A DNA stretch of 62,146 nucleotides, the filler included, from Dugesia japonica (taxonomy: Eukaryota), in NCBI GenBank assembly GCA_001938525.1. It is 6 parts of 6 records of this genome, joined end to end, with 100 filler letters (N's around TTAATTAATTAA, not from the genome) between each part and the next. Parts side by side here need not be neighbours in the genome. Positions count along the whole stretch, not along the records: positions 20,208 to 28,853 come from MQRL01477328.1; positions 28,954 to 37,481 come from MQRL01573202.1; 4 more parts are not named here. One strand, written 5' to 3'. Below, piece by piece: positions 25,152 to 36,600 of the stretch. A program made the translations under genes and the position numbers. Below the pieces are notes generated by a model, which did no database searches, was not told the origin of the DNA, and worked only from the letters and a program-made list of their open reading frames with translations. Within the stretch, counting starts at the first letter, position 1, and each line of letters opens with the position of its first letter.

Positions 25152-25272
25152 CTGAAATGATAAGAATATTAGATGAGCATATGTTAAAAATAAGTCATTC
25201 GCTTATTAGTGAAAATCAACAAAACAAAATAATCAAGTAATGAATAGAATAGATTTTCATATTTTTACAAAA

Positions 25273-25640
25273 TTATGGATGAAGATTGTTTTTAGTTTGA
25301 GTACCCTTATTGCTCATAAGGGGTTCAAGATAGGACTTGTCCTTTAATAACAGAATGTCTTTCACCAGTTTATTTTCTCGGTCATGGCTGGACCGGATAA
25401 TCTCCGCGAATGATTCAATTTGAGCTTTCCAGGCTCGTTCTTGCTCTTGTACAAGACGCATTTCCTCACGAATGTGGGTACATTTAGTCTTGTACCTTTT
25501 TACTTTTGCATTCGCGATTGCTACATCGGCCTCCCAACGCCTTTTAGCTAAACGATATAAATTCCAAGACATTTCTATGTCTTCACTGTCTTCGCGGATT
25601 TTCTTAGTTGGGGCGGGTGGACGATTTAATGAGGAATGCA
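25273..25640 (-). CDS. Cassette exon: 122-aa coiled-coil protein, family A (split start A|TG)
   Basis: cctttattttcatgtag|TG CAT TCC TCA. Intact ORF with NLS-like PTKKIR and a heptad-rich core. Confidence 0.7.
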
Positions 25641-25786
25641 CTACATGAAAATAAAGGATAATTAATTCTTATTAAACTTTTAGACGAATATTTTATTAAG
25701 GTCCCAAAGAATTTATTATAATGAATTAAACTACGACAACACAAATTGAATGTCAAATTCACAAAGAGAAAACAACAATGAAATGA

Positions 25787-26191
25787 CTATAAGTCCTCCC
25801 TAGAAATATTTTCATCATTTCTGTAATTAAGAGCATTCCGCCCACTCCATAAGTTATTTTGTATAAAAGACGACAGCTGAGAGTAAGGGGGTAGCTGTGT
25901 CGTAGTGAGGCCGACTACTGTTGGGCTTTCTGACCAAACCCATTCAATACGCGGTGTGGAGGCAGACTCTAATGTGGGTGGTTGGCTTAAGCGATCTCTC
26001 CTTGGACCACGCCAATGATAGTAGGCGGCTCTCTCAGTCTCGTCCCAGTGACGATGATATTCGGCTTGCTCTGGTGACACGTTGGAGCGATCCACCAGTA
26101 CTCCCGCGTCTTGATTATATGGATTTTTAAACTTCTTAAAAGTTGTTAATCCAGATTGGGTATCTAAAGTTACGTCCCAAACATATTCCAT
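25787..26191 (-). CDS. Cassette exon: 134-aa unknown protein
   Basis: cattcatcttttatag|ACCATGG: acceptor immediately followed by an optimal Kozak ATG. Intact ORF; AATAAA about 70 nt after the stop. Confidence 0.7.
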   Translation of the reverse strand: MEYVWDVTLDTQSGLTTFKKFKNPYNQDAGVLVDRSNVSPEQAEYHRHWDETERAAYYHWRGPRRDRLSQPPTLESASTPRIEWVWSESPTVVGLTTTQLPPYSQLSSFIQNNLWSGRNALNYRNDENISREDL

Positions 26192-26348
26192 GGTCTATAA
26201 AAGATGAATGACACATCAAAATTAGGATGCATTTAATTACAATTAAGAATTGTGAATATACGATTAAATCAATTCAACCTAAAGAAAAATTGTTTTATTT
26301 GATAATGCACACAACCAAAAAGGAATATTCAAACGTCAAAAATGTCGT

Positions 26349-26534
26349 TCATTCATCCTCATCAAGATCGACTCGAGGTGTAAGAGGGAACATCTCGACG
26401 AAACACTGGAGATCCGTCTCGTCGGGATGTTCCACCTGACCCTTGGATAGATAATGTGCGATTAGCTGCTTAAGTCTGGCGGACCGCCGTTGGTGCTTGA
26501 TCCATCGGAGTATATGACGTAATTTGGCCGGCAT
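26349..26534 (-). CDS. Cassette exon: 61-aa basic-then-acidic peptide
   Basis: gttctccatttcag|TTAATG gives MPAKLRHILRWIKHQRRSARLKQLIAHYLSKG...DLDEDE*. AATAAA about 50 nt downstream. Confidence 0.6.
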   Translation of the reverse strand: MPAKLRHILRWIKHQRRSARLKQLIAHYLSKGQVEHPDETDLQCFVEMFPLTPRVDLDEDE

Positions 26535-26581
26535 TAACTGAAATGGAGAACATGATAACATTTTTTAGATTTTATATCCGT

Positions 26582-27277
26582 CTACAGCGGAATAGTAATA
26601 TTAATAACTGAAGATGAAATTGGAGTGAAGGGATAAAAGCTAGTGAATTGATCATATGACCGATGGGGATAACTTTCAATGCAACACGGGAATTCCTTAT
26701 CTGGCAGTAATAAAGATGATAATTACATGACTAGAAGTATACTCCATAGGACAACAATAATAAACTCATTGATCAAATTATTATTTAACATTAAGGGGGT
26801 TCTTACTAATAGTACTGTCCCCATTGTCGGCAGATTAGACGTATCAACTTTGACCTTGCGATGATTTTAAAGCTTGTCATATGTTCTATCGGCAATGATA
26901 GAGGCCAGAACCCTATCGATACTATTGTTCATAATAATAAGAATAGTACCAGTAATAATATTATTAATACTCCAGTTATTAATGATAAAGATAATCATCA
27001 TAGTCGGATACATTTAATGAGAACAAAATGGGTAATGCTAAATGGATGAATTTGAGTAATAATAAGAGCAATAAAAGCACTACTGATGATATCACTATCA
27101 ATACGGCCATAAAATTAATCGTAATAATAATGTCGACAATAAAAAAAACAAAGAAAAACCGTCTTCCTAACATCGAGCCCTTAAATGTTGAAAATTTGCT
27201 CACCAACTGGAACGATGATTTAACTCTATTCCGATGTACATTTCTCAGATAGTTTACACGGAATTGGAAATATTTAA
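26582..27277 (-). pseudogene. Cassette exon: decayed multi-hydrophobic (membrane-protein-like) region
   Basis: Acceptor aagttttctctcag at 27278. Several long hydrophobic runs in shifting frames (FFFVFFIVDIIITINFMAVLIVISSVVLLLLLLL; LITGVLIILLLVLFLLL; FIIVVLWSILLV). Confidence 0.35.
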
Positions 27278-28291
27278 CTGAGAGAAAACTTATTTAATTT
27301 ATTGTAATAATTAACTAAATATTAAACAACGATACTCTTGTCGTTCAAAAATTTCAGGGTTAACGATTCCATGCCAATTTGAAAATGTATGGTATACACA
27401 TCACTCTTGGAGACGCTCAAAGCCATCCTATCTTATGACTCATCGTTTATCAGATTTGCTCTTCATGCCTCTTATTATGCCTGTGTGTTATGCATTCACA
27501 TCAATCGACGCTAATCTGGTGTTCGATCAACTCTATAATTTTATTAATAGCTAATGATTGTAGTAACTCACTTATTCTTCATCGTGATATTTACTCACAT
27601 TCGATGGAATTTAAATAATCATTACTATGCTACTGGGTAAACAACTGGATAATTTGAAAACACAACGAGTGCAGTGGAAAGATTAGATTTCTCATACTTC
27701 TCTCATGTGGAATTTTGCAGATTTCAAGTACTTATTTGTATTCAATAAATTTTATCGAACTTTTATGAGTTGTAATTTTCTATTTTAATAATAGCATAAT
27801 TTCGATGTTTTTAAGCTCAGTATTAAGCTTATATATATATATATTTTTTCTTTCTTTCTTTATGTCGATATTTTTAGGTTACGATCGTAGATTGCATTAT
27901 TAATTATTAGTGGACATGGATTCGACATCTAGCTTAATTCTAATAAAACTAATTCTTAATTTAACATAAGGTAATCGTAACTGGAATCATTTTCGCAATA
28001 TGATCTTCCAGTTATTAGCCCGAGTAATTTTATATTAATGTGGATAGGCCTAATTTACATTTATTGAAATTACTTTTATAATCTCGTTATTTTATTGTTA
28101 AATAATACAATTATTTTTATCAACATAATCTATTGTAAATAATTTATTTTATTATTGTAAATCATAATTACATATATTTTATTATAAATCAGTTCACTTT
28201 ATTATGAAAAGCATAGTTAAATTCATCGAAATGATTTATTATAATTCTTTTTTGACAACAAGTTAACATTAAAATTAGAAATAATAATTAC

Positions 28292-28640
28292 TTATATGTA
28301 ATTCTGAAAAGAGAATTTTCAAAAGTTCTGCAACGGAAAATCTAGATTGTTGATAGATGGTTCGTAAATCTTCGACTCGCTCGGAAATTGACTTAATTTG
28401 GAAGATTAATGAAGTTTCCTTTCCTTGAACGGTGGTTTTGCTGAATTAAATAATTAACTAGGTAGAAATATTTGGTTTTAACTGACTCCTTGATGCAATA
28501 ATATTCGTGAATAGTGAGTGTGCACTTCTCGTTTTTCTAAAACTTTGGTTATTATAACGTTGGCTGAATTTAGTGGTTATAACTGTTGATTAAGGTTTGT
28601 TGCGTTTCGCAATTCAATAAAATACAAAATTTTGTGTCTG
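28292..28640 (-). other. Putative non-coding leader exon (AUG-free) ending at donor ATAA|gtaatt
   Basis: No ATG on the minus strand between the predicted TSS (~28640) and 28292. The first GTAA downstream of the TSS is at 28291, and the exon's last base is A. Confidence 0.6.
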
Positions 28641-28795
28641 ATTGACTTGAAAATTGGAGATCCTTTTATAGAATTTTCTGGACACCCCTACTATGTTCCG
28701 ATTTGTTGGTATTTTTGGACCAGCTCTTTTTCAATTTTATTGGTGCTAGCACCAATTTTCTAAAATTTTCTGTAAGTTTCGTTGCCATGATTGGC
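28636..28795 (-). promoter_or_regulatory. Pol II core promoter: TATAAAAGG (28670-28662), Inr-like TCAGAC ~30 nt downstream, CCAAT boxes at ~28741 and ~28792
   Basis: Canonical motifs at canonical spacing, oriented toward the ORF array. Confidence 0.65.
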
Positions 28796-29408
28796 AATTA
28801 TTTTTAGAGCAGCACCTGACATCGGTGTCTTTGTTTTATTTTTATTTTCTGGCNNNNNNNNNNNNNNNNNNNNNNNNNNNNNNNNNNNNNNNNNNNNTTA
28901 ATTAATTAANNNNNNNNNNNNNNNNNNNNNNNNNNNNNNNNNNNNNNNNNNNNAATATTTTCCTATAAAATGCATATGAATAATTAATAGTTTAATAATT
29001 GAGAATTTAATAAAACACAAAAATACCTATGAAAATTAATAAAAAACAATAAAGAACATAGACGAAATAAAATTACTAAATGTTTATTTCAATGAAATGT
29101 TTATGGATTTTTCTTCGATTTTATTGTTGTTCTTATCGATATTTAAGAAATTATTTTTTAGAAGTCTTCCAATACTTAACCGATATCCACAGGACGTAAT
29201 TCCTCTTGGATTAATAATGCAGGCACATCATTTCGACGGTTCAGTGCTTGCGACTTAATAGTCTCAGTAAAAATTCTGACTTAAACATCAGTAGAACATA
29301 CAATATACAAATTCTGCTAATCCTATATATCCTGTTGCAAGACATACTAAAATAAGACATATAGAAGTGATTGTTAATTTCAATCGATGACCCATTACCT
29401 TTTCAAAA

Positions 29409-29510
29409 GTCAATTCCTGAAGAAGACAAAGTCAAAATATAGAATTATTTTCAAAATCCAAAAAAAAATTTTGATCGAAGCTTTTATTTTAAATGAATTC
29501 TGAAAATAAA
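29409..29510 (+). ncRNA. Minimal type I hammerhead-like core (G12 mutated) in a palindromic-family repeat copy
   Basis: AATTC-CTGAAGA-A-GAC-AAA-GTC-aAAA-TATA-GAATT. Confidence 0.55.
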
Positions 29511-29905
29511 AAAGGTAATAACTTTAATCCTATTATTAAAAATAAATTATTTATAGATTTTTGATATACATTAAAATTGTTTTAATTTGACAAGTTCATT
29601 TATTATTTTGACAACTAAATAAACCCCTGTAATGAAGAAATTTAGAAGTTCATATCCTGTATAGAAAAAACCTGAAGTTGTTCAATGAAATAGTTGAAGA
29701 ATCAAGTATAACAGATAATAGTGAAGAATTTGATGGATTCGAATAAATTTTAAAATTCGATTTAATTATTATCATGAAATATAGTATTTAGTGACCTATT
29801 TTTTTTAAAAATCAATCAACGTTTTTCTTTAGATAAGCTACAGATGCTAATTTTTATAAAACATTCTATTTTTATTTAGATAGTTCGAGGTTTATACACG
29901 CGATA

Positions 29906-30359
29906 TAGGACCGTCTTAAGAAATTCGGCGCCCGTGGACTACTAGAAACCATGCGCTCCTTTATTTTTGTCGTATAATCTTTATTCAGGTACGCATCAGT
30001 AACCTGTTCCTATCTTTTAGTAGGATTAATAAAATAATATAAATTACGTTTAGATAAAAAAATACACTCGGGCTGCGAGTATACATGGGTAATCTGTTTA
30101 CATTTAAGTCGTCTATCGAAGTTTATGGTATCATAAATTATTGTAATATCGTTTGTCATTCCAGCACATTTGAATATAAAAATCANNNNNNNNNNNNNNN
30201 NNNNNNNNNNNNNNNNNNNNNNNNNNNNNNNNNNNNNNNNNNNNNNNNNNNNNNNNNNNNNNNNNNNNNNNNNNNNNNNNNNNNNNNNNNNNNNNNNNCC
30301 CCAAAAGGTGGGCACCCTGGGGCTATAGCCCATTTAGTCATGTGGTTAGGGCGGCTCTG
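29906..30359. mobile_element. hAT-type non-autonomous element
   Basis: Termini TAGGACCGTCTTAA / TTAGGGCGGCTCTG. 8-bp flanks acgcgata / gcgcgata (7/8 match). Confidence 0.65.
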
Positions 30360-30627
30360 GCGCGATAATAAGGTAATATTGATTTATTAATAATTAAATT
30401 AGTTTTTAATCAGTTGAAATAACAAATTTGTTTTAGAAAATTTCAACATGTTTTTCTAAATTTTTCAACAAAATTAAAATGAAAAAAAAGTAAAATAATA
30501 AAAATATCGATTGAATTTAATTAATGTCATTTATTATTATTAAAATTGCAAATAATATTGACATCTGAATTGGTCAAAATTTGCAAACAAAACTAATATT
30601 TGCAGATTCAACAATAAATTAATTTAC

Positions 30628-33600
30628 CAGAAATTTATCGAGATTTTTCTCTTCAAATTTATTAACACTATTGTCGATTGTATTTTTCAGAGCTCTTTCT
30701 CCAGTATCGCCATTTTTACCGTAAATCGTAAGAAATACATTAGCATCCGTACCAGAACCATACTCATTTCCAGTTTTAATATCCACCGCGTAATTCACCT
30801 CTAAAGATATATTACAAAAAAACTTAAATAAAGAATCTTAGCAACCTTTGAGATCGGATAATGGACGGCCATTTTCATCGGTAGGCAATAATTCTCTTAC
30901 TATCAACCCATCGTCTTCATCAATAGCGAACCACCGTTTACAAATAAACCAATACCTTTGAATATTATCTTCTTCTTCTTCGGAAATTTGAGATAATGAT
31001 CTGTTGAAGAAATAATGAAAAAATTATTATATTAATTAATTATTGAAAATTAGCAGTCAGTAATCATTAACAATATTAATCATTAATATTATAGATCTTT
31101 AACATTATTGATTTCATTAAAATAAAGAAAAAGCTTCGATCAAAATAAATAAAATCAAAAAATGTTGATTGAAGCTTTTTCTTTATTTTAATGAAATCTC
31201 AAATGCAATCAATGGTTAAGTCCAACAATTATTCTCACAATAATTGTAATTATAATACATTAACATTACATAACATTGTTGGTCATCAATATTATTGATT
31301 ATCAATATTATTGATTATCCATATTATTGATTATCAATATTATTAAATATCAATATTATTGATTATCAATATTATTAATTATCAATATTATTGATTATTA
31401 ACCTTATTGGAAATAAATGTTATTGATTATTAACATTATTGGACATAAATATTATTAATTATCAATATTATTGATTATCAATATTATTGATTATTAACAT
31501 TATTGATTATCAATATTATTGATTATTAACATTATTAATTAACAATATTATTGATCAAAATGTTGTTTTTTTAATATTTTTTATAATCTCTTAGTTGTTA
31601 GTATATCAACTTTTCGACTTCAGTCTTCTTCAGAATTAATTTAATTTAATTTCTTTAATTTTACTGGTCATCAATATTATCGCTTATTAATATTATTGGT
31701 CATCAATGTTATTAATAATTAATAATTAAAAACCTTTTTAAATAAAAAAAAATTTATAGTAAATTTTAAAAATAAATTCAAAGCAACTAAATCTGTAATC
31801 CAGTGCGTTAATACTTTCAACTTAACTCTAATGTTCACGATACAAATAATAGAAAATTTTCTAAAATTTATTAAAATGAAAGTTTTAAAAATTATTAAAT
31901 ATTTAATGGAATTTAATCAATATTCTCTCTAGAATGTTGCATGGTTTTTAAAATAATTGAAATTAGAAAGGATAAATAGTAAAAATGTAGAATAAAAATC
32001 TAGTTATATTTATGAATAAAAATATCAGTAGCGTAACTAGGTGTGGTTAACAAGGCATTAAATTAAGGAAGCGTAAAATAGACTATGTTATCAATTTTAT
32101 TTCACGAAAATTTCCATTTTTGAGAAATTATTGATATTTTCTTTCAAGGCTTGTCATTTTTTTAAAATTAAATTTCATTATGTAAAAAAGATTGCAAAAA
32201 TTGATATAAAAAATGTTAAGAAACAGTGAGAAGAAGCGAAATATTCTTTATTAACTGTTTTACGTTGTTCCAAAAATTCATGATGCATCAAACATCGATA
32301 ATCAATAAATAAATAAAATAATCGATATATCAAAATTACAAACATTACATCGAAATTAATAACAAATGTAACAAAAAGTTGGACAAAAATACGAGAAAAA
32401 ATTTTTTCGATTGTGACCGTTTAGGTTAAGTAGTATTAATTTAGATTTTTATCTATTTGATTAATAATTAAATTATTGATTAAACAGATTAGTAATTAGT
32501 GAATTTTTAATAATGAAAAAGTATGTTATCAAAATAACTATTGGACGTAACCATTGATCGTTTTTGTGATTTCATTAAGATAAAAGCTTTGAAATTAATA
32601 TATTTTTTTTGATATTTCGAATTTTCGACTTTGTTTTCGTCACGAATTGACAACGTCGAACATTCAAAATAATATTAAAAACCAAAATAGTTTGATCGAA
32701 GCTTTAATTTTAATGATAAAAAATATTTACTGATAAAACCACAAGAAAAAATAATTGAAACCTGTTAGAAATTGCAGGTTTTAATGATAAAGTATCATCA
32801 TCATCTAAAGAATCTAAACTGGATTCAGAAGAATAAGCGTTCGACCTTTTCACTAAATATCATTAAAGTTCAATTAATTATTTATTTATTTATTTATATG
32901 AAACCGATTACATTTATTTTTAGGTTTCGGTTTTGGAGATTCCGGTGAAGCCATTCTTTCTATAAGAACTTTTTCTAAGTACCATCCTGCCCCTGGTTTC
33001 TTGCCATCATGTCCAATTCTTATTTTCTGAATGACTCCAACATCTTTAGCGTTAATCTGAAAAACGTGAGTTGCAAAACATTTGGTGGACTATTTTATTT
33101 TTTACTTTAAATACATCTTCATTATTTCTTTCAAATGTATTTGATTTATTTTTCAATCGAACTTCATCTGTTTTTTTGTCTTTACCGTATATTTGAATGA
33201 AAACTTTAGAATTAGTTCCCGCGTGCATCAAATCACCAGTAAATACAGTGATTTGATAGGGGATAGCTAAAAAATCAAAACGACAATATTGTTTACAAAT
33301 AAATGAAAATAACTTTGTTCGATCTTTTCGATTGTCGACGGATCTAAATTGTATTCCAGATTTTTACTATCTAACCATTTATTTAACAAGAAAATATATT
33401 TTAGACCAAGTTTAGGAACAATAACGCAAACACGGTCAACAAACCACGCTGAGCCAGCAAGTTTATCATCATGTGAAAGTCTGATTCTTTTGATCTAAAT
33501 CGATTTGATAATGAAAAATAGAAAATTAATTCACTAAAACAAACTTCACCAATATCTTCAGCTTCGATTTTAAATAAATCGGTGTTACCGAATTCGAATT

Positions 33601-36600
33601 TATTTTTATTTGTTGTTGATGTTTTTAACTGAACATTTCCTGTGTCACCAGTACCACCGAATATTCGAATGAATACGTTGGCATCGGTTCCTGCTCCGGA
33701 AACTTTCCCTGTTTTAACTTCGACTTCATAGGTGACTTCTATTTAGTTTATACAATTTAATTTTTCATCAAATAATCTACAATATTCACTTCCTAATAGT
33801 GCTGTACCGGTCAATTCTCGCACTGTGAGTCCATCTCCTTCAGAACTGTCAAACCAGCTTAAACATTACAATTATTAAAATAATCATGGGATTAGTTAAT
33901 ATTTTTAATTACTGCCAATAAACTTTAATTGTGAGCAGGATCTATAATTAAGCCAAGAGGTGGTATGTGGTGATTAGACAGGATAATTTGAATAAAGTTT
34001 TGTTTTGTTGGGTGTGCATTTAAATCGCAAGTAACATAACAGAAAAATATAATTGTTAATAAATATAAAATATCCCATCATCCAAATGCAGCAGACAAAA
34101 TATAAATAAATAATAATAAATGGAAAACACAATCTGATCACTGCCAATATTTTGTTTTCGGATTAGTTATCCATCTGACATTTTTACTTTTTTCCAATTA
34201 TCATTCTGTATTTAACTTTGAAATATTTTTTTCCTTTTTATTTGTCAGCATTATCAAACACACGTTGTAATATGCAACACAGCAACAAGAATAAATCCAT
34301 TTTGAGAATCGAGTTATTGTATACATATTGTCTTTTACATCTTACAACTTAAACACTAAATTTCATATTAGAGTAATTATATTACACAACTGATTACAAA
34401 ACTCGATTAAATTATTGATTATTTAACCCCTTACTGCATAATTTACCATATATGGCACAAACATATTATTTGTAAAATAGACAGGAAAATCAACAAAATA
34501 CTTACAGTTTTTGTTATAATCACTTTCTATAGGATATATACATCATAAATCTATTTTTTGGCCATTCATGCAAGAAATTTAGTTTTTTAGGCTAAATTAC
34601 TTTTCGAGAAGAATATAGTATTTGTGTCACATATGACCAACCATGCGGTAAGGAGTTAATTAATGTGGTAAACGCGCAACATTATTTTACAATATCAGAG
34701 GTTGGTAAAGTGTGGTTCAAGAGCCACATGTGACCCTTTTAGCGGCTTCTTATTCAATCTGGTAAAATTAACACATTAAAGGCCGGAATTCAACCACGAA
34801 GTTCATTTGAAAAATATCGATGTTCCAATCTTTTACAGTCTTTGGAAGATTACTGTAGGAATTTAAGCTTAATCGTAATGTTATAGTTAGGACACATAAA
34901 AAATAATCTGCTGAGTAAAATAATAATACTATAACAATTTACAATTGTCATGGTTTTAATGCGATATAAAAATGCGTACTAAAAATGGACGTTGGTCGTT
35001 GATTGGTTAAGTATAACCTTATATTATTTATCTTAAATTTTTTATATTATTCATATGATTAATTGGATTCCGAATCTTCAAAGAATATATTTTGGTAGTT
35101 TTCGGTTATAAAATAGACAATAATCAAGCAAATGTAAGAAAAGAAGTTGGAAATTTCCAATGAAAAACGTTGACGCAAAATTTGGAATGAATAGAAACTT
35201 AAAGAGAATTCTAGAAATAAACTAAAAAAATAACATATCAACTGTTAACAAGTGAAAAATAGGTGTTAATTTTAATACTTTCTCAAAAAATCGTAAACAT
35301 TTTCAATTAATTTTATTCTGTAAATTCTAAACCAATAAAAATTGTTTTAAATTACTCTATTCGAAATGGGTTACTATATTAGGAAATAATTCTTGTATGT
35401 TGACTTATTTAAATTTGATTAGATAATTTTTGGTAAATCACTTTTTAACTTTTGTAATAATTTTTGTTTTTTATATTAATAACGCGTTGCTGTGGCTCAG
35501 TTTGGTTGAATGAAACAGAAAAGAAAAGAGAATGAACACAGTTCTAATATATTTAATTTTACAATACTTATGGATATTCAAGACTTTTTTGATGTTTCAT
35601 TATTTGTTTAGATATAAAGATTGCTTGGTTTGCTGAATCTAAAACACGCAACATACAATTGTACATGTGAGAAGCAATCCGTAAAAATTTTAAGGTTATC
35701 GTAGAAATATTTTCAGATTTTTTCGATTTTAAACAAACGGAAATTTTCATTTTTATTTAAATAGATTATCAATATAAATAATATCTTTTTTACAAAAATT
35801 TAAAAATTTTAACTACTGATCTGTGAAAATAACTGAATAAATTCCTGAAGAAGGCATAGCCGAAATATTGAAAAAAATGAAAAAAAGAATAACAACAATT
35901 CTGATCTTTTGCTTTTAAAACATTTTATTATAAATAAAATTGTTTATTCAGTTATAAATAATATCCGTTGTTTGTTTGTTTGTAGGAAAATAACGCTTCA
36001 GTTAAACAAGATAATAAAAAAAACAGTAATTCGATTTCAATTATTTATTCAATTTAAACTGACCGTTATTTTTATAAGACATATATAATAATAAAGTTTT
36101 GGATCAGTGAGCTTTGAAGATCCTAATGATGTAATTTATTTTCCTGTCGAATTCTCTCACACTTTATGTTCATTAGGAATGCCGCAACTTAAGAACCTCA
36201 ATCCAAAGAAACAATTGTTTAATGGAACATGACTTATCATAAAAAGTCTGCACCGAAATACGGTCAGCTCTATGTAGTATCATCTCGGTCAAGAAAGTAT
36301 GATGACATAAGAGATGTCATCAGTAATATCTTAAACCAAGATTAAATTGGAGAGGATTCACGAACGATTACGAAAATTATTGTTATTTAAGAATTATTGA
36401 ATTAAATCAATTTTTTAGTTAAATAAGTATACTTTTAGATATATATTATAAACTGATATAAAATACGTGTAATTATTGAAAAATTTATTTGAATTATTGA
36501 ATATTTATTATAAATAAATAAATAAAAATAATTTATAAAGTTTAATATTCTTTTTTTTAATATATTAATCTTCTTCTCCATCCAAGTTGACGGGTTACAC

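Larger units (their letters stand above)
21385..28853 (-). mobile_element. Putative mobile/viral accessory-gene block: shared leader spliced to tandem terminal exons
   Basis: GC-richer ORF islands separated by AT-rich spacers, all on the minus strand, with a mix of intact and decayed copies. The left edge TGTTGGG directly follows a (TAA)n run. No capsid, RT or integrase gene lies inside, so element identity is inferred. Confidence 0.5.

Noticed and set aside
22040-25640. Spliced-leader trans-splicing supplying the start codon (flatworm SL ends in AUG)
   Set aside because: A full AUG added at these acceptors is out of frame: 25640 gives M-C-I-P-H-stop, 25151 stops after nine more codons, and 22040 gives AUG-UGA. 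Only a single added A opens the long frames.
24438-27252. Plus-strand ORFs 24438, 24911, 25921, 26227, 26679, 26861, 27028
   Set aside because: Mostly antisense shadows of the minus-strand islands, with no splice or poly(A) context and no recognisable motifs.
31285-31556. CRISPR-like array (also 22099-22168 and 39911-39985)
   Set aside because: Contiguous tandem units without unique spacers, no cas genes, and eukaryotic context.
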